A stretch of 63,250 nucleotides of DNA, the filler included, from Ionaspis alba (lineage: Eukaryota): NCBI GenBank assembly GCA_964255285.1. It is 2 parts of 2 records of this genome, joined end to end, with 100 filler letters (N's around TTAATTAATTAA, not from the genome) between each part and the next. Parts side by side here need not be neighbours in the genome. Positions count along the whole stretch, not along the records: positions 31,697 to 63,250 come from CAXUUL010000109.1; 1 more part is not named here. One strand, 5' to 3'. A program made the translations under genes and the position numbers. The notes under the pieces are model-generated. The model saw only the letters and a list, made by a program, of their open reading frames with translations. It was not told the DNA's origin and searched no databases. Within the stretch, counting starts at the first letter, position 1; every line of letters begins with the position of its first letter. Of the stretch, positions 37,493 through 50,000 are shown one piece after another.

Positions 37493-40400
37493 ATGATGAG
37501 AGCCCCAGACGATCTTATCATGGTCGATTCTTCCAAAGTGGCTGATAGCAACAATGAATTCTCCACATCAAGAACTACAAATCTTGCGATCCTGGTGAAT
37601 GGAACCACTTCTGGAAATGGCGGGAGACAATCGACCCCACGCAACCTTGCATCGCCAATAAGCCTCGACAGCAATAACTCTCGAGCCGTAACCGAGTCTA
37701 TTGCTAGTCGTATACGACTTGGTTCCCCAATAGAGTCTTCTTCCTCCAGCGAGGAATCCGACGACCCACTGTCCGATAAAGTCCTAGACCAGCGCATCCT
37801 CCCACGGTCGTTGACCTCCCTACGAACAGGCTTGTGTTACGATTCTCGAATGAGATTCCATACCGAACTAGAACCGGGAAAAGACACTTCAGATTACCAT
37901 CCAGAGGATCCACGCCGGATTTTCCACATCTACAAAACACTGTGTCAAGCAGGTTTGGTCGAAGACGAAATGACGATACCACCTCTTGTCGCAAACCCTG
38001 TCTTCAGAATCCTAGCTAGGCCAGCTAAGAAATCTGAGATTTGTCTGGTACACGATGAGGCCCACTTCAACTGGATGAAGGGTACCGCAGGTAAGATTGT
38101 CTGCTGACCCCATCAGCGAATGCCAATGCTAATATCACAGCCCTGTCAAAACACGAGTTGCTAATGCTAGAGCGGTCGCTTGATTCCATTTACCTTCATC
38201 CACTCACGTACAGCTCAGCATTGTTGTCTACTGGGGCAGCAATAGAGACAGCATTAGCAGTTGCGTCGGGAAAGGTCAAGAATGCCATCGCTGTCATTCG
38301 ACCACCTGGACATCATGCAGAGGCGGATTTGTCGCGTGGATTTTGTCATTTCGACAACGTTTCTGTTGCCACAAAAGTAGTTCGCCAGACGTACCCCGAC
38401 AAGTATAGGAAAATCATGATCGTTGACTGGTAAGATGTTCTTTCTCTATCTCTGCGTCATTTGACATCTTGGACTGACAGCTCGTCTAGGGATGTTCATC
38501 ATGGTATTATACATGTTGCTTTCTAATGAAGTGCAGCTTTTGACTGTGCATAGGAAATGGCATACAACAAGCTTTCGAATCAGATCCTAACGTGCTGTAC
38601 ATATCGATACATGTGCATGAAAACGGCATGTTCTATCCCTCTGGTCCATATGGGGACCTATATCACTGTGGTGAAGGTGCAGGTGTCGGCAGGTGAGTGT
38701 CATCAGCGAGGGTCATCACGATTCGTTATCTCACTTGGGCTAGGAATATTAATATACCATGGCCGATGAAAGGAATGGGTGATGCAGATTACCTGTTTGC
38801 ATTTCAGCATGTAGTTATGCCGGTCGCTTTTGATTTCAACCCTGATATGGTCATGAGTAAGCAGGCGAGCCCTGGTTCAATCGTTTTATACTAATTATGG
38901 CAGTCGCTGCTGGATTTGATGCAGCTATTGGTGATCAGCTAGGAGGCTGTCTTGTGTCACCGGCCTGTTATGCCCATATGACTCACATGCTTATGTCCGT
39001 AGCAGGAGGGAAATTGGTCGTGTGTCTCGAGGTAAGCTATCCTGAGTACTTAAATGTATGATTACTAAGCACGTAATGCGTTCAGGGAGGTTATAACCTG
39101 AAGTCGATATCCAATTCTGCCCTAGCAGTCACACGGACATTGATGGGAGAGCCTCCAGATCGATTAGCGGAAACGGCAGCCACGACGGTCGCCGTGACTA
39201 CCGTGAAAGATGTGATTCGGCAACAGTCGAAGTTCTGGAGATGCTTGTACCCCAAAAACATCACTACTGGTAAGGTCGACAAAGCTACCGGATATGCTCA
39301 GAGTCCTAACCGTGATAGAAATCGGGGCGCTACCAGGAACAGAACGGATGCATGGTATAATTGATGTGCTCTACATGTTAAAAGTCCCGTCATGACTGTC
39401 TCTAGATGTCATCCGCGCATACCAGAGCAAAAATCTGCAAGAGACTCACCAGATGATCAACCTTTGCATCTTCCGAGAAAGAATATCGCGCTCGTTCGAG
39501 AACCAAGTGCTGGCAACGTAAGTACACAGAACCTGTCCATGGGGGTTACGTTTTCTTACTTTTATAGCACCAACTATCATCAAGCATTACCCCTATTAGT
39601 CATATTTCACGACCCGTAAGTCTTCCTCAATGAAACCAGTCACACCATACATGGGTTGACTTGTCATACTAGACCTGAAATCATTGGATCCCCAGATCCT
39701 ATCACTAGCAAGCTCGACTTACACAACGCTTGGCTTGTAAGCAGCCTGTTATTCTTATCTCCTTATTCTGACCTGACTGACCCCTTGAAGACTGATGGCT
39801 TGAAGAACTATATTGCATGGGCGGTAAAGCATGGCTTTGGCGTGATCGATGTCAACATCCCTAAATTTTTGACTGGCATAAGTGTATTTGGGGGCCTTCT
39901 GGCACATATCAATCACATCCTAACTGATATCTAGGATCTGGATGGCGATGAAGAGGATGAGGCTTTGAAGATCAAAACCGCTACAGAGGAGTTAGCGATC
40001 TATCTATGGGATAATTACATTGAGTACGTTTACTGTATTCTTTATTGAACCAGACCGCTGACATTCTTAGATGTAATGACGCAACTAAAGTGCTGTTCCT
40101 GGGTGTTGGCGAAGCTTTTAGAGCAATACTACACATCCTGAACACCCGTAATTGTAAGCACAGATCCTCAACATGTAGCTGAGTGAAATCGAAAGATCGA
40201 CTTTCCATATCTACATTGTTCTATCAACTATTGCTTGCAGGATACATCATATGCCCTATCTACGCCCTGGCGTGAAAGCTACATTCTTCTAACGCATAGC
40301 GTAGACGAAGCCCTGGAACAGCTCGGCGGCATTGTTTCGTTCACCGCTAACGAGCCTCTCCGGCCCGTCACTGAAAATTTCATCACCGATTTCTCAAAAT

Positions 40401-40679
40401 GGTACCATCGGGTAAGTACATTTTACCCTTGTACCGACCTGCAATCTAGAACCTAATCTAGATTAGAATTCTCTCCTATTCGTCTCACCTAGTCACCCTG
40501 TCTGGGCCCGTGAGAAAAAGACTTCGAGAAAATTTGGAAAGCTGCAAGAAGCGAGGGCCGAAAGCTTGAATGAAATGCTCGGAATGCATAATGAAGAGGT
40601 GGAACGGTTCCTGCTATTGAAATCGGGCCTACCGCTTCCGGTCGAGGGAGGAGATGTGGTGATGACCGGTGGGAGATAA
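37493..40679 (+). CDS. HDA1: Class II histone deacetylase (Hda1/Clr3) with C-terminal Arb2 domain, many introns
   Basis: TGLCYDSRMRFH, HPEDPRRI, AVIRPPGHHAE...GFCHFDNV, IVDWDVHHGNGIQ, AGFDAAIGDQLG, CLEGGYNL. Last exon ends ...MTGGR* at 40679. Confidence 0.93.
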
Positions 40680-41213
40680 GAACTGGAGCAAGAGTGGAGT
40701 ATAGTATTGGCGGAGAGTTCTAGCTGATGGCGCTTGGCAGCTTTCACATCGTGGAGTTGGGAATAAGGTAATGGGCTCTTGATACGCGGCATGCACCGCG
40801 CATTTCTGGTGCGCTTTTCTGCAAGTCGCGGATCTCTATATAGCATAGAGGGAATGAATGTGGTTATTTATGGCTAGCAACGGGCCGGTGCTGGTTGGTG
40901 TGTTCAACGAGACAAGATAATGTAGTTGGGAGATCTCCTGCATGTAGAATATGGATATTTATGGAGGCTTCCTCATTCCCATCTTCAGCTGAATCAGCGG
41001 CAGCATATGCCTGTCCAATCTCTTCTTGGTAGAAATATGAGCTATCCAGTCCGTCAGGAAGACTCATTCACGCATTAGGCGACACTGGAAAAACACTGTG
41101 AAAGATAGATGCACGATATTCTTGACGAACAAACGCTATGCTAGGTTAGTCTATCTCGCCATCTATGTCTAAATCGCAGCACAACTCCGCAGCTATGCAG
41201 GCCCAATTCACAC

Positions 41214-42308
41214 TCAAGCCTTCACGCTCTCCCACTCCGGACTGAACGGATAATCCGAATAACCCTCTGGACTCTTCGCCTTATAGAACGTCTCGCGGTT
41301 ATAAGGCGCCAAGTCAACACCATTCAACACCCTGAATGGCAAATCCGGATTCGAGATGAAATACCGTCCAAAAACCACCGCGACATCGTTGCCCTTGTAC
41401 TCCTCAACCACTCTCTTTGCCGAATCAGGCTTGAAGCCACCAGCTACCAAAACAGGACTCGTCCTGCCCCAGATATCAAGCGCAAAATCAATCTTGTCCG
41501 TTGTCTCGACATCAGCATTACCACTAATGCGCGATTCCACTACATGCAGGTACGCAAGCTTAAGTTTTCTCAGACCCTCGATCAGGTGGCTGAACTGCGG
41601 AATCGGGTCCTGCATCTTCATGCCCTGGAAGTCGCTGAACGGAGAAAGCCGAATACCAGTGCGCTCTGGACCGACAGCATCAACGACCGCCTTCGCGACC
41701 TCCAGACCGAAGCGCGAGCGGTTCTCCACACTCCCGCCGTATTCATCTGTGCGCTTGTTGCAATTGTCCTGCGTGAATTGATCGATGAGGTAGCCATTAG
41801 CGCCATGGATCTCGACACCATCGAAGCCGGCGTCGATGGCGTTTTTGGCGGCCGTGGCGTAATCGGCGACAAACTGATGAATCTCGTCGACCTTGAGAGC
41901 ACGGGGTGTGGGCGAGGAGGAGGACATGGGTGTTGGGCTACTGCTGACATAGTCGTAGCCTTGTTCGTTGAGGTTCTCGGGGTTGGCGGCGCGGCCGAGG
42001 GCCCAAAGTTGGAGGAAGACGTAGGAGCCTTTGGCGTGGATTGCGGAGGTGATTTCTCTCCATTGGCTGATTTGAGAGGTACTGTAGATGCCAGGGACAT
42101 TAGGATATCCGGAGGCACGGGCCGAAATGAAGGTTGCTTCTGTAACGATGAAGGTGCCGGGAACGGATGCTCGCTGGCTATAGTATTCGGTGGCTATTGG
42201 GAGTTGGACATGTTCGTCGTCGGCGCGGAAGCGGGTTAACGGAGCCATGACCAAGCGGTGTTTGAGGTTCATATTGCCAATGCGAAGAGGCTCTGAGAGG
42301 GACGGCAT
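41214..42308 (-). CDS. Old yellow enzyme family NADH:flavin oxidoreductase
   Basis: HRLVMAPLTRFRA, LQLWALGR, AGFDGVEIHGANGYLIDQF, RTDEYGGSVENRSRF, FGRYFISNPDLP. Intronless, ATG at 42308. Confidence 0.95.
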   Translation of the reverse strand: MPSLSEPLRIGNMNLKHRLVMAPLTRFRADDEHVQLPIATEYYSQRASVPGTFIVTEATFISARASGYPNVPGIYSTSQISQWREITSAIHAKGSYVFLQLWALGRAANPENLNEQGYDYVSSSPTPMSSSSPTPRALKVDEIHQFVADYATAAKNAIDAGFDGVEIHGANGYLIDQFTQDNCNKRTDEYGGSVENRSRFGLEVAKAVVDAVGPERTGIRLSPFSDFQGMKMQDPIPQFSHLIEGLRKLKLAYLHVVESRISGNADVETTDKIDFALDIWGRTSPVLVAGGFKPDSAKRVVEEYKGNDVAVVFGRYFISNPDLPFRVLNGVDLAPYNRETFYKAKSPEGYSDYPFSPEWESVKA

Positions 42309-43007
42309 GATGGAAGTGATGTACGAGGTCACACGGGTTCTGGATCTGTAAAAAAGACTGTCGTAGACAAAATCGAATGAACGTGAGAAAAACAAGTGTA
42401 CTTCGAAGATAATTTATTCTTAATAGAAGTAAATAATAAACATGCCTCGGTCAAGTGCGATGACGTAGGGTTCGAGTGATTATAAAACCTTCGATCACAA
42501 ATCCTAGGATAATGCCGGGGTAATTAGTAAAGGCTTATGCGTATGGCAATGGAAACCGGCAGAAGCGGATGCTAAAAATCGAGACACGATTTTCTTCGAT
42601 GTTAGTTCGAGTGCGGCGCATTGGCAAATCGGATGTTTACCGTCCTACTCCGGATTGACAAGCACATTCACACTACCGGAATTGTCCCTATTCTGTGTCA
42701 AAGTCGGAAGTCGTCCAACGAGTGTTCACTGAGGTAATCTCCTCTCGCACTCTCCATTGTCCTTAAAAAGGCTTTCCAGTACCGAACGAATTGTGGTTCG
42801 TGATTTCTTTGACTGAACGGCACCGTACGTCCAGCAGCTTGCGCATGCAATGTTGGTCAGGGGAAGGATGATGTAATTGGAATACTCATCACAACAGTGT
42901 CTGTATTTCTATGGCATTTCGAAAGAACCTTTATAGTTATCCCACCCTGGACTCTGCGGTCAGATCATGTTGTGAACCCTTTTGTGATCGCTAGTTTAAA
43001 GTAGTTG

Positions 43008-43373
43008 CTAAGTGCTAAATAGCCGCCAGGTGGCAATGGCAAAGTTCACTTTATCCAGCGTCGTCAGGTAACGATCAACGTATGCTCTGAGCTCCGGGGG
43101 CAGAAGTTCGAGACCTGAGGGTCGACCACGTGGCCATGAGCCTGATCTGCGACGTCTCACTCCACTATCCGCAGCTACCATCATCTCGGCAAGTTCTTTG
43201 GGTAGCATTGGAGGAGCGATGCTGTGATGCCTAAGTAGAGGATAAGTCGCGCATATCAGAGATGGGAGGTGGAGAAGATCAAGTCGATCCAAAATATTCA
43301 GTAGCAATTCTGCAGGTAGGGTGTAGAAGGACCCTTGGTTATGGTCTTGACTTCCAGTACTTGATCCAGCCAT
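43008..43373 (-). CDS. Small hypothetical protein with two F-box-like motifs
   Basis: 121-aa ORF with FYTLPAELLLNILDRLD and LELLPPELRAYVDRYLTTLDKVNF. Confidence 0.55.
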   Translation of the reverse strand: MAGSSTGSQDHNQGSFYTLPAELLLNILDRLDLLHLPSLICATYPLLRHHSIAPPMLPKELAEMMVAADSGVRRRRSGSWPRGRPSGLELLPPELRAYVDRYLTTLDKVNFAIATWRLFST

Positions 43374-43390
43374 CTGAACAAGGACTTAGA

Positions 43391-44274
43391 TTACTTTGTC
43401 TTCTTCTCGTTTTCCTCAGATCCCTGGGGCCTGTCTGTCTGTGCAATACTGTCAAGCCACTTCCAAATACTGCCAGACACTGTCCAGGAGATTGCTATCA
43501 GCACTAAGACGTAAAAGGCTGTTGGGATGAGGGATCTGGGGAAGATGTTCAGGAAATAGGGATCGAGTACTACATCTATTGTTAGTTCAGACGACGATCC
43601 TCGTGCAGGGTTTCTGATTTACTAATATCTAAGTCCACTGCCAGCCCGTCTCTCATAAGAGTACTGTTCGTCGAGTAGTAATCTGCCGTGGCAGTAATTT
43701 GAAGTAAGAGCCCTCGGAATTGGCGGGGCGTAGAACGATCTCTGATAGGCTGCGGAGCGATAGGGAGATCGCGCGACTTCGGAATTATCCAGTGACTGTT
43801 GTCGAAGTAACTCCAGAGCGATTCGTTCAATACCTGTTTCAGGGTGATGTCTTTTGGTTCGTGGATACTTAGGTCGAACGCTGTCGGTTGCTGAACGAAA
43901 TGTAAGCCGCGTCCAAATGAGGTAGGCACTGAACCATGCGTTTGAAGTATGTATAAGTTCATGACAGTCCCAGGCTTCGATTTCCGACTTACAGTGGCGC
44001 TCCAGCAGATCCGCACTTCGTATAGCTGTCTCTCTTGTAGACCTTCTAGCAATACCCAAGTATCTGAGGGCCTCCAAGAGCTCGAAGCAGAAGGAAAAGT
44101 CGCATGAATCTGACGGCGCAACGATAGTGTCGATGGAGACAAACAAGGAACATCAGGGTAAACCTGAGGCTCTTGCTCCAATTCTGGAGCTACAAAGATG
44201 ATTTTTTCAACATTTGCATTGACAAAAAGAAGGAATGGCAGAAGAGCCAGTATAATCCTGAGGCGCATTCTCAT
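43391..44274 (-). CDS. Pga1-like GPI mannosyltransferase II co-activator, spliced
   Basis: Signal peptide then ANVEKIIF, YEVRICWSAT-QPTAFDL, ATADYYS. Last exon LDPYFLNIFPRSLIPTA, TM helix and dilysine-like KKTK* (stop 43391-43393). Confidence 0.75.
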
Positions 44275-44626
44275 AGTCCCGACGCATCGTACTCCGGAAG
44301 CTGGTGACCACTCTATTATACGATGCTCTGTGAGTTCCTGTTCGCTATCAAAATACCCAGACGTGGCTTCTTCCGGCAGCCCCCAATGATTCGCTGCTCA
44401 AAACGCGGTCCGGCCACCGGGGATTGGCGCTAAATTAGAAGCACGCCAAGATTGTCAACAACACACACAAATCTTCATCGACTCTTTGCTGCAATCGCTG
44501 AACCTTGCTATCCTTTCAATCTACCCTTCACCATACCACAACCTCAACTCAGTGTACAAGGCTGCAGTTGCACGTTTCACTTAGAGTACCTGCTATCATA
44601 CTCCGCAGAGTCTAGCTACCATCATC

Positions 44627-46365
44627 ATGAGAGAAGTCATAAGCTTGAACGGTATGTCTGCATTTCCCCTTGACGCGCTCGGCTGTCCCGTGGTGGGATG
44701 ACCCCTCTATCAACTTTACCACGGTATCTGACATCTGGACGCGTATAGTTGGCCAGGCTGGGTGCCAGATCGCAAATTCGTGCTGGGAGGTATGACTTCA
44801 ATGCCTATTTCAATGTTTGAGAACGCATCCTGATACTGTCGACTACAGCTCTACTGCTTAGAACATGGGATTCAGGTATGTTACCCACCACAGACCTATC
44901 ACGTTTAGCCATACTCGAATTGTGTTAATACGATGTCCTTTAGCCTGATGGATACCTCACCGAGGAGCGCAAGGCCGCTGACCCAGATCAAGGCTTCAGT
45001 ACCTTCTTTTCTGAGACAGGTTTGCATAGCTACAAACTGCCTCATGGCCGAACAATACTGATGGTATGTCACAGGTCAGGGAAAATACGTGCCTCGTACC
45101 ATTTACTGCGACTTGGAGCCCAATGTTGTTGACGAAGTACGCACCGGTACATATCGAAACCTTTTCCACCCCGAACAGATGATCACTGGCAAGGAGGATG
45201 CCTCGAACAATTATGCTCGTGGACACTACACTGTCGGCAAAGAACTCATCGACCAGGTCCTGGATAAGATCCGCCAGGTTGCAGACAATTGCTCAGGCCT
45301 ACAAGGTTTCCTCGTCTTCCACTCTTTCGGTGGAGGAACTGGATCTGGCTTCGGAGCTCTCCTCATGGAGCGTCTCTCTGTTGATTATGGAAAGAAGTGC
45401 AAGCTGGAGTTTTGTGTCTACCCAGCTCCCCAGGTCGCGACCTCAGTAGTCGAGCCCTACAACTCGATCTTGACTACTCACACCACTCTCGAGCACTCCG
45501 ACTGTAGTTTCATGGTCGATAACGAGGCTATCTACGATATTTGCCGGAGAAGCCTTGGCATCGAGAGACCTGACTACGAGAACTTGAACCGCTTAATTGC
45601 ACAAGGTAAATTTCACACGCTCCGAAGAAGCTGCCTCGCATACTAATGGATGCGCTCCGAAGTTGTATCCTCTATCACGGCATCCCTTCGATTCGATGGT
45701 TCCCTCAATGTCGATCTCAACGAGTTCCAGACCAACCTTGTTCCATACCCAAGAATTCACTTCCCTCTTGTTGCCTATGCCCCTGTGGTTGCTTCTAAGA
45801 AGTCGAGCTACGAATCAAACTCGGTGCAGGAGATTACCATGTCATGCTTCGAACCTAGCAACCAGATGGTGAAATGTGATCCTCGCAATGGAAAATACAT
45901 GGCTACATGCTTGCTTTACCGTGGAGATGTCGTACCTAAGGAGGTCCATGCCGCAGTTGCCACGCTGAAGACCAAGAGAACTATCCAGTTTGTTGACTGG
46001 TGTCCTACCGGCTTCAAGATCGGTATCTGCTTCCAACCTCCTGAGATGGTCCCTAACGGTGATTTGGCTAAGGTCAACCGTGCAGTGTATGTAACACGGT
46101 AAACAGCGCTTTTGGTGAGTTTGCTAACCAAAATAGGTGTGTACTGTCCAACACTACCGCTATCGCTGAAGCATGGGGTGCTCTCTCGCACAAGTTCGAT
46201 CTCATGTACTCCAAGCGTGCCTTCGTACATTGGTACGTTGGTGAGGGTATGGAAGAGGGTGAGTTCTCGGAGGCTCGTGAGGACCTTGCCGCGCTAGAGA
46301 GAGACTACGAAGAGGTTGCCACAGACTCTGCTGAGGGTGAGGAAGGTGGGGAAGCTGAGTACTAA
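44627..46365 (+). CDS. tubA: Alpha-tubulin, spliced
   Basis: [38 protein letters not shown] signature, [26 protein letters not shown]-terminal EAEY*. Confidence 0.97.
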
Positions 46366-47047
46366 GTGCTGTGTCTTCAGCGTTAGGGCTAGACTTCACC
46401 TAGGAGACGGAGTTCTCGGTCAGATCAAATTGTTCACGTCTGGTTGTGCGTAATCGGTGGTTTTCTCCTGTACAGTTTGGTGTCTTTCAATCGAGGTTGC
46501 TGTCTTTGACGAGCAGATGCTGGGGTCAATGACTGAATGAAGCGTTGCTTGTGTCATGGTAGATTGAATTCGGAAAACACAATTCAAGATTGATAGTAGT
46601 CGCCGGCAATGATCAATCAAGACGTGTTGCGACGTTTCGAGCATCCTACCGTCAATGGACTACACAATCTCTCATCCCTGGCTTCCGCAGCCACGAAAAG
46701 GCGCAAAGTAAACAATGTTCCGGTCGATCGTCCGGATGTAACTCGTAGCAGCCATGATATTTGGGAGCGGCATGGACGAGCCGAGGATGACGCGCCTTTC
46801 CCGATACAACTAGGCCGAGAGCTCGAACGAGCTCCCCCCGGATTCGATGGTTGAACGCATTATTACACTCCCTAATAATCGATCTTGTTGATTCGCCTGC
46901 TTTTTCACTGCATCGCGGTAGATTGGTCTTGTATCAATTCATCCTCCGTGAGTAAGTAAGTGGGTGGAAAGCTCCGGAATACTTGCGCCAAATATTTCAC
47001 GACTGAACCTCCAGTGTACCCTGCATACTCATCGTTAGAGGAATGAA

Positions 47048-50000
47048 ATGGCGGATCCCACCGGTGGTTTGGAGCAGAGTGCGTCGTCCTACAAATCTGA
47101 AATGAAGGATCTCAATACAGCCATGGGGTATACTGACTGTGAAGCCAAATTCTAGAGCACCCAAATCTTAACTTAAGTCCCGAAGAGCGACGACTTTTTG
47201 GCCAAGTCTTCTCTGCCGCAGACACAGACAACCTAGGCGTGGTCACTGGAGATGTTGCTCTCAGATTCTTCCCGGAGAGAACAAAGCTTGCCTCAGAGAC
47301 CTTGGGTGAAGTGAGTGCTCGATGTTAAGAATTGATGGTCCAGCTTATCCTGATGCTTACCAACGTATCTGTGCATAGATATGGCAGATCGCAGATACGG
47401 AAGACAAGGGATTCCTCACACCGGCTGGATTTGGCATAATTTTGCGATTGATTGGATACGCCCAGGCGGGTCGGCAGGTCTCAGCAGAGCTTGCCCTGAA
47501 GCGTGCGTTGTCCTTGTTGACTAAGCAGCACCGTCCATAGTTGCTTATCAGATTTCTGGAATAGCTGGTGGCCCACTACCACGCTTTGACGGCATAAATG
47601 CACCTCCCGCTGGATCTCAGAACGCCCCACCAGCACCGCTACAGCCTCAGATGAGTGGAGGACCGATTCGAGTTCCACCACTCCCGGCAGAAAAAGCGAA
47701 CCAGTATGCGGCTCTTTTCGAAGAATCAGGTGCTCAGAATGGACTGCTAGCCGGTATAGTCACCCATATGCACAACCGTCAAGTGTAGAAGCTGATACCG
47801 TACGCTGTAGGTAGCACCGCTAAACAAATATTTGACCGCGCTCAGCTACCTAATGATGTCCTTGTACGAATATGGAATCTGGCTGATACTGAGTTCAGAG
47901 GAGCACTGAGCGTTACCGAGTTTATCATTGCCATGCACCTTCTGGCTTCCTACAGAACCGGAGTGTTACGAGCCTTACCACAGAACTTACCGGCAGGATT
48001 GTATGAAGCAGCTGCTAGGCGCGGTGCTCCTCCTCGACAAGCTTCTGGCTCGCGGCCTACTTCAGATGTGCCTTCAGTACCCGCTATTCCACGTCAGTTC
48101 AGCGGAGTTGGGCCTCAACGGACTTCTAGTCCATTGGCGCGACCTCCCTACGCGGCGGGTCCGATGGCAGCTCCACCCTCTGGGCTTCAATCACAGTCTA
48201 GTGGAGACTGGGCAATAAGCCAGCAAGAGAAGACACAATTTGACAACCTCTTCGCGAAAGTGGACGTGGATAATAGAGGATTCGTCACTGGAGATCAGGC
48301 TGTTGGGTTCTTTAGTAATTCGAAACTCCCAGAAGAAGACCTGGCCCAGATCTGGGATTTGGCCGATATCAATTCGGAAGGCCAACTCAACCGTGATGAG
48401 TTTGCGGTGGCAATGCATTTGATTAGACAACAACTCGGTCAGAAGAACCTCACTAGGAAGACTCCTTTGCCACAATCGTTACCGGCGAATCTTGTGCCAC
48501 CCAGCATGCGTCGACAGCCCACTGCACCTCCGCAGTCGACAGCCCCTACCTTCGAAAACGCCGCAAATATAGCTAAACCAAAATCTGCGGCGGATGACCT
48601 CTTCGGTCTCGATGCATTTTCTGCCCCAGCCCCACAAGTCGCTCAATCTACTGGAGGCTCCACGACGTACACACCGACCTCTCCTCAACCAACAGGTTCC
48701 TCACCGCAAACCCAGTCAGCTCAACAGTCATCTGTCTTCAAACCGTTCGTGCCGTCATCATCATTTGGTCAAAACATGATGACACCGCAAGGTACAGGCT
48801 CCAGTAGAGCTCTTCAAAACCAACAAGCGCACCATCCTAATGCAGATGACCTTCTCGGTGATAACGATCCGGAAGTCAGCAAAAGGCTTACGCAAGAGAC
48901 GACTGATCTGGCCAATCTGTCGAATCAAGTAGGCACGTTGACAACACAGATGCAACAAGTCAAATCGAAGCGCGCATCAACGCAGGAGGACTTGTCACAA
49001 GTGAACAAGCAGAAGCGTGACTTCGAGGCTCGGTTGTCGCAACTACGTTCGGCGTACGAACAGGAAGCTAGGGAAGTGAAGGCATTGGAGGAACGACTTG
49101 TAGGCTCCAGAAACGAGACAAGGAAGTTGCAGCAAGATCTGGCTATGGTACAACACACCCATCAGAATCTCCAGGCGGAGCATCAGCAAGTGGCCGTGGC
49201 TCTAGAAGCGGATCAGAAGGAGATTGCAAGCCTGAAAGAAAAAATGCGACAAGTCAACAACGAGATCGGCCAGTTGAAGCCACAACTAGAGAAAACGCGG
49301 TCCGATGCTCGTCAACAGAAAGGACTGGTAGTCATTAATAAGAAGCAACTCAGCACTATCGAAGCCGAACGCGAGAAGGCCAAGAACGACCTCGCTGGTG
49401 CTACCCGAGAGATGGAAGAAGCAACGAGAGAATTGGAGGAAACCCACCGCAGTCTCCAAGCTGCTCCTCGAGCTCAGGTGCCAGCTCCTATGGCGACTCC
49501 AACTCCCTCTACAACTAGTCAAAGCATGAATCCATTCTTCAGACGTGGAACAACTTCCTCAGATAGAGGCTTGTCGCAGCCAGTCGTGTCTCCTCCGACT
49601 GCTGCGTCGCCGAATCTCAATGCATTCGATAGCTTCTTCGGACCTCCAATTTTCACACCTTCTCCATTTACTGCTCAAGAGTCGTCTCATGCTCCTCAAC
49701 CTACCTCAAGAACGGATAGTCCGGAGCAACCTCGACAGGTGTCTGGACTACCTGAGCCATCTACTAGATCGATTGATTCACCGGAACAGGTCAGCGTTCA
49801 GACACCAGTAACATCGTCTCCCCCCTCCGTACATGATGGACTACCATCGTCATCAGCATTACCACCACCTCCTCCTCAATCAAGACAAATTACTTCCAGC
49901 TTTCTGCCGCTCAAAGACAGCATACCAAGATCAGGCTCTCCTAACTCTTCCGTTGGTGTTGCGCCGCCTGCGAGTCGTTTTGGAGATCTTTCCGGGATTG

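Noticed and set aside
40864..41067. 67-aa ORF between HDA1 and OYE
   Set aside because: Lies in the convergent 3' UTR zone with no motif support
41356..42239. Long antisense ORFs over OYE (and similar ones over the NLR, GAPDH and tubulin)
   Set aside because: Shadow ORFs caused by codon bias of the real genes
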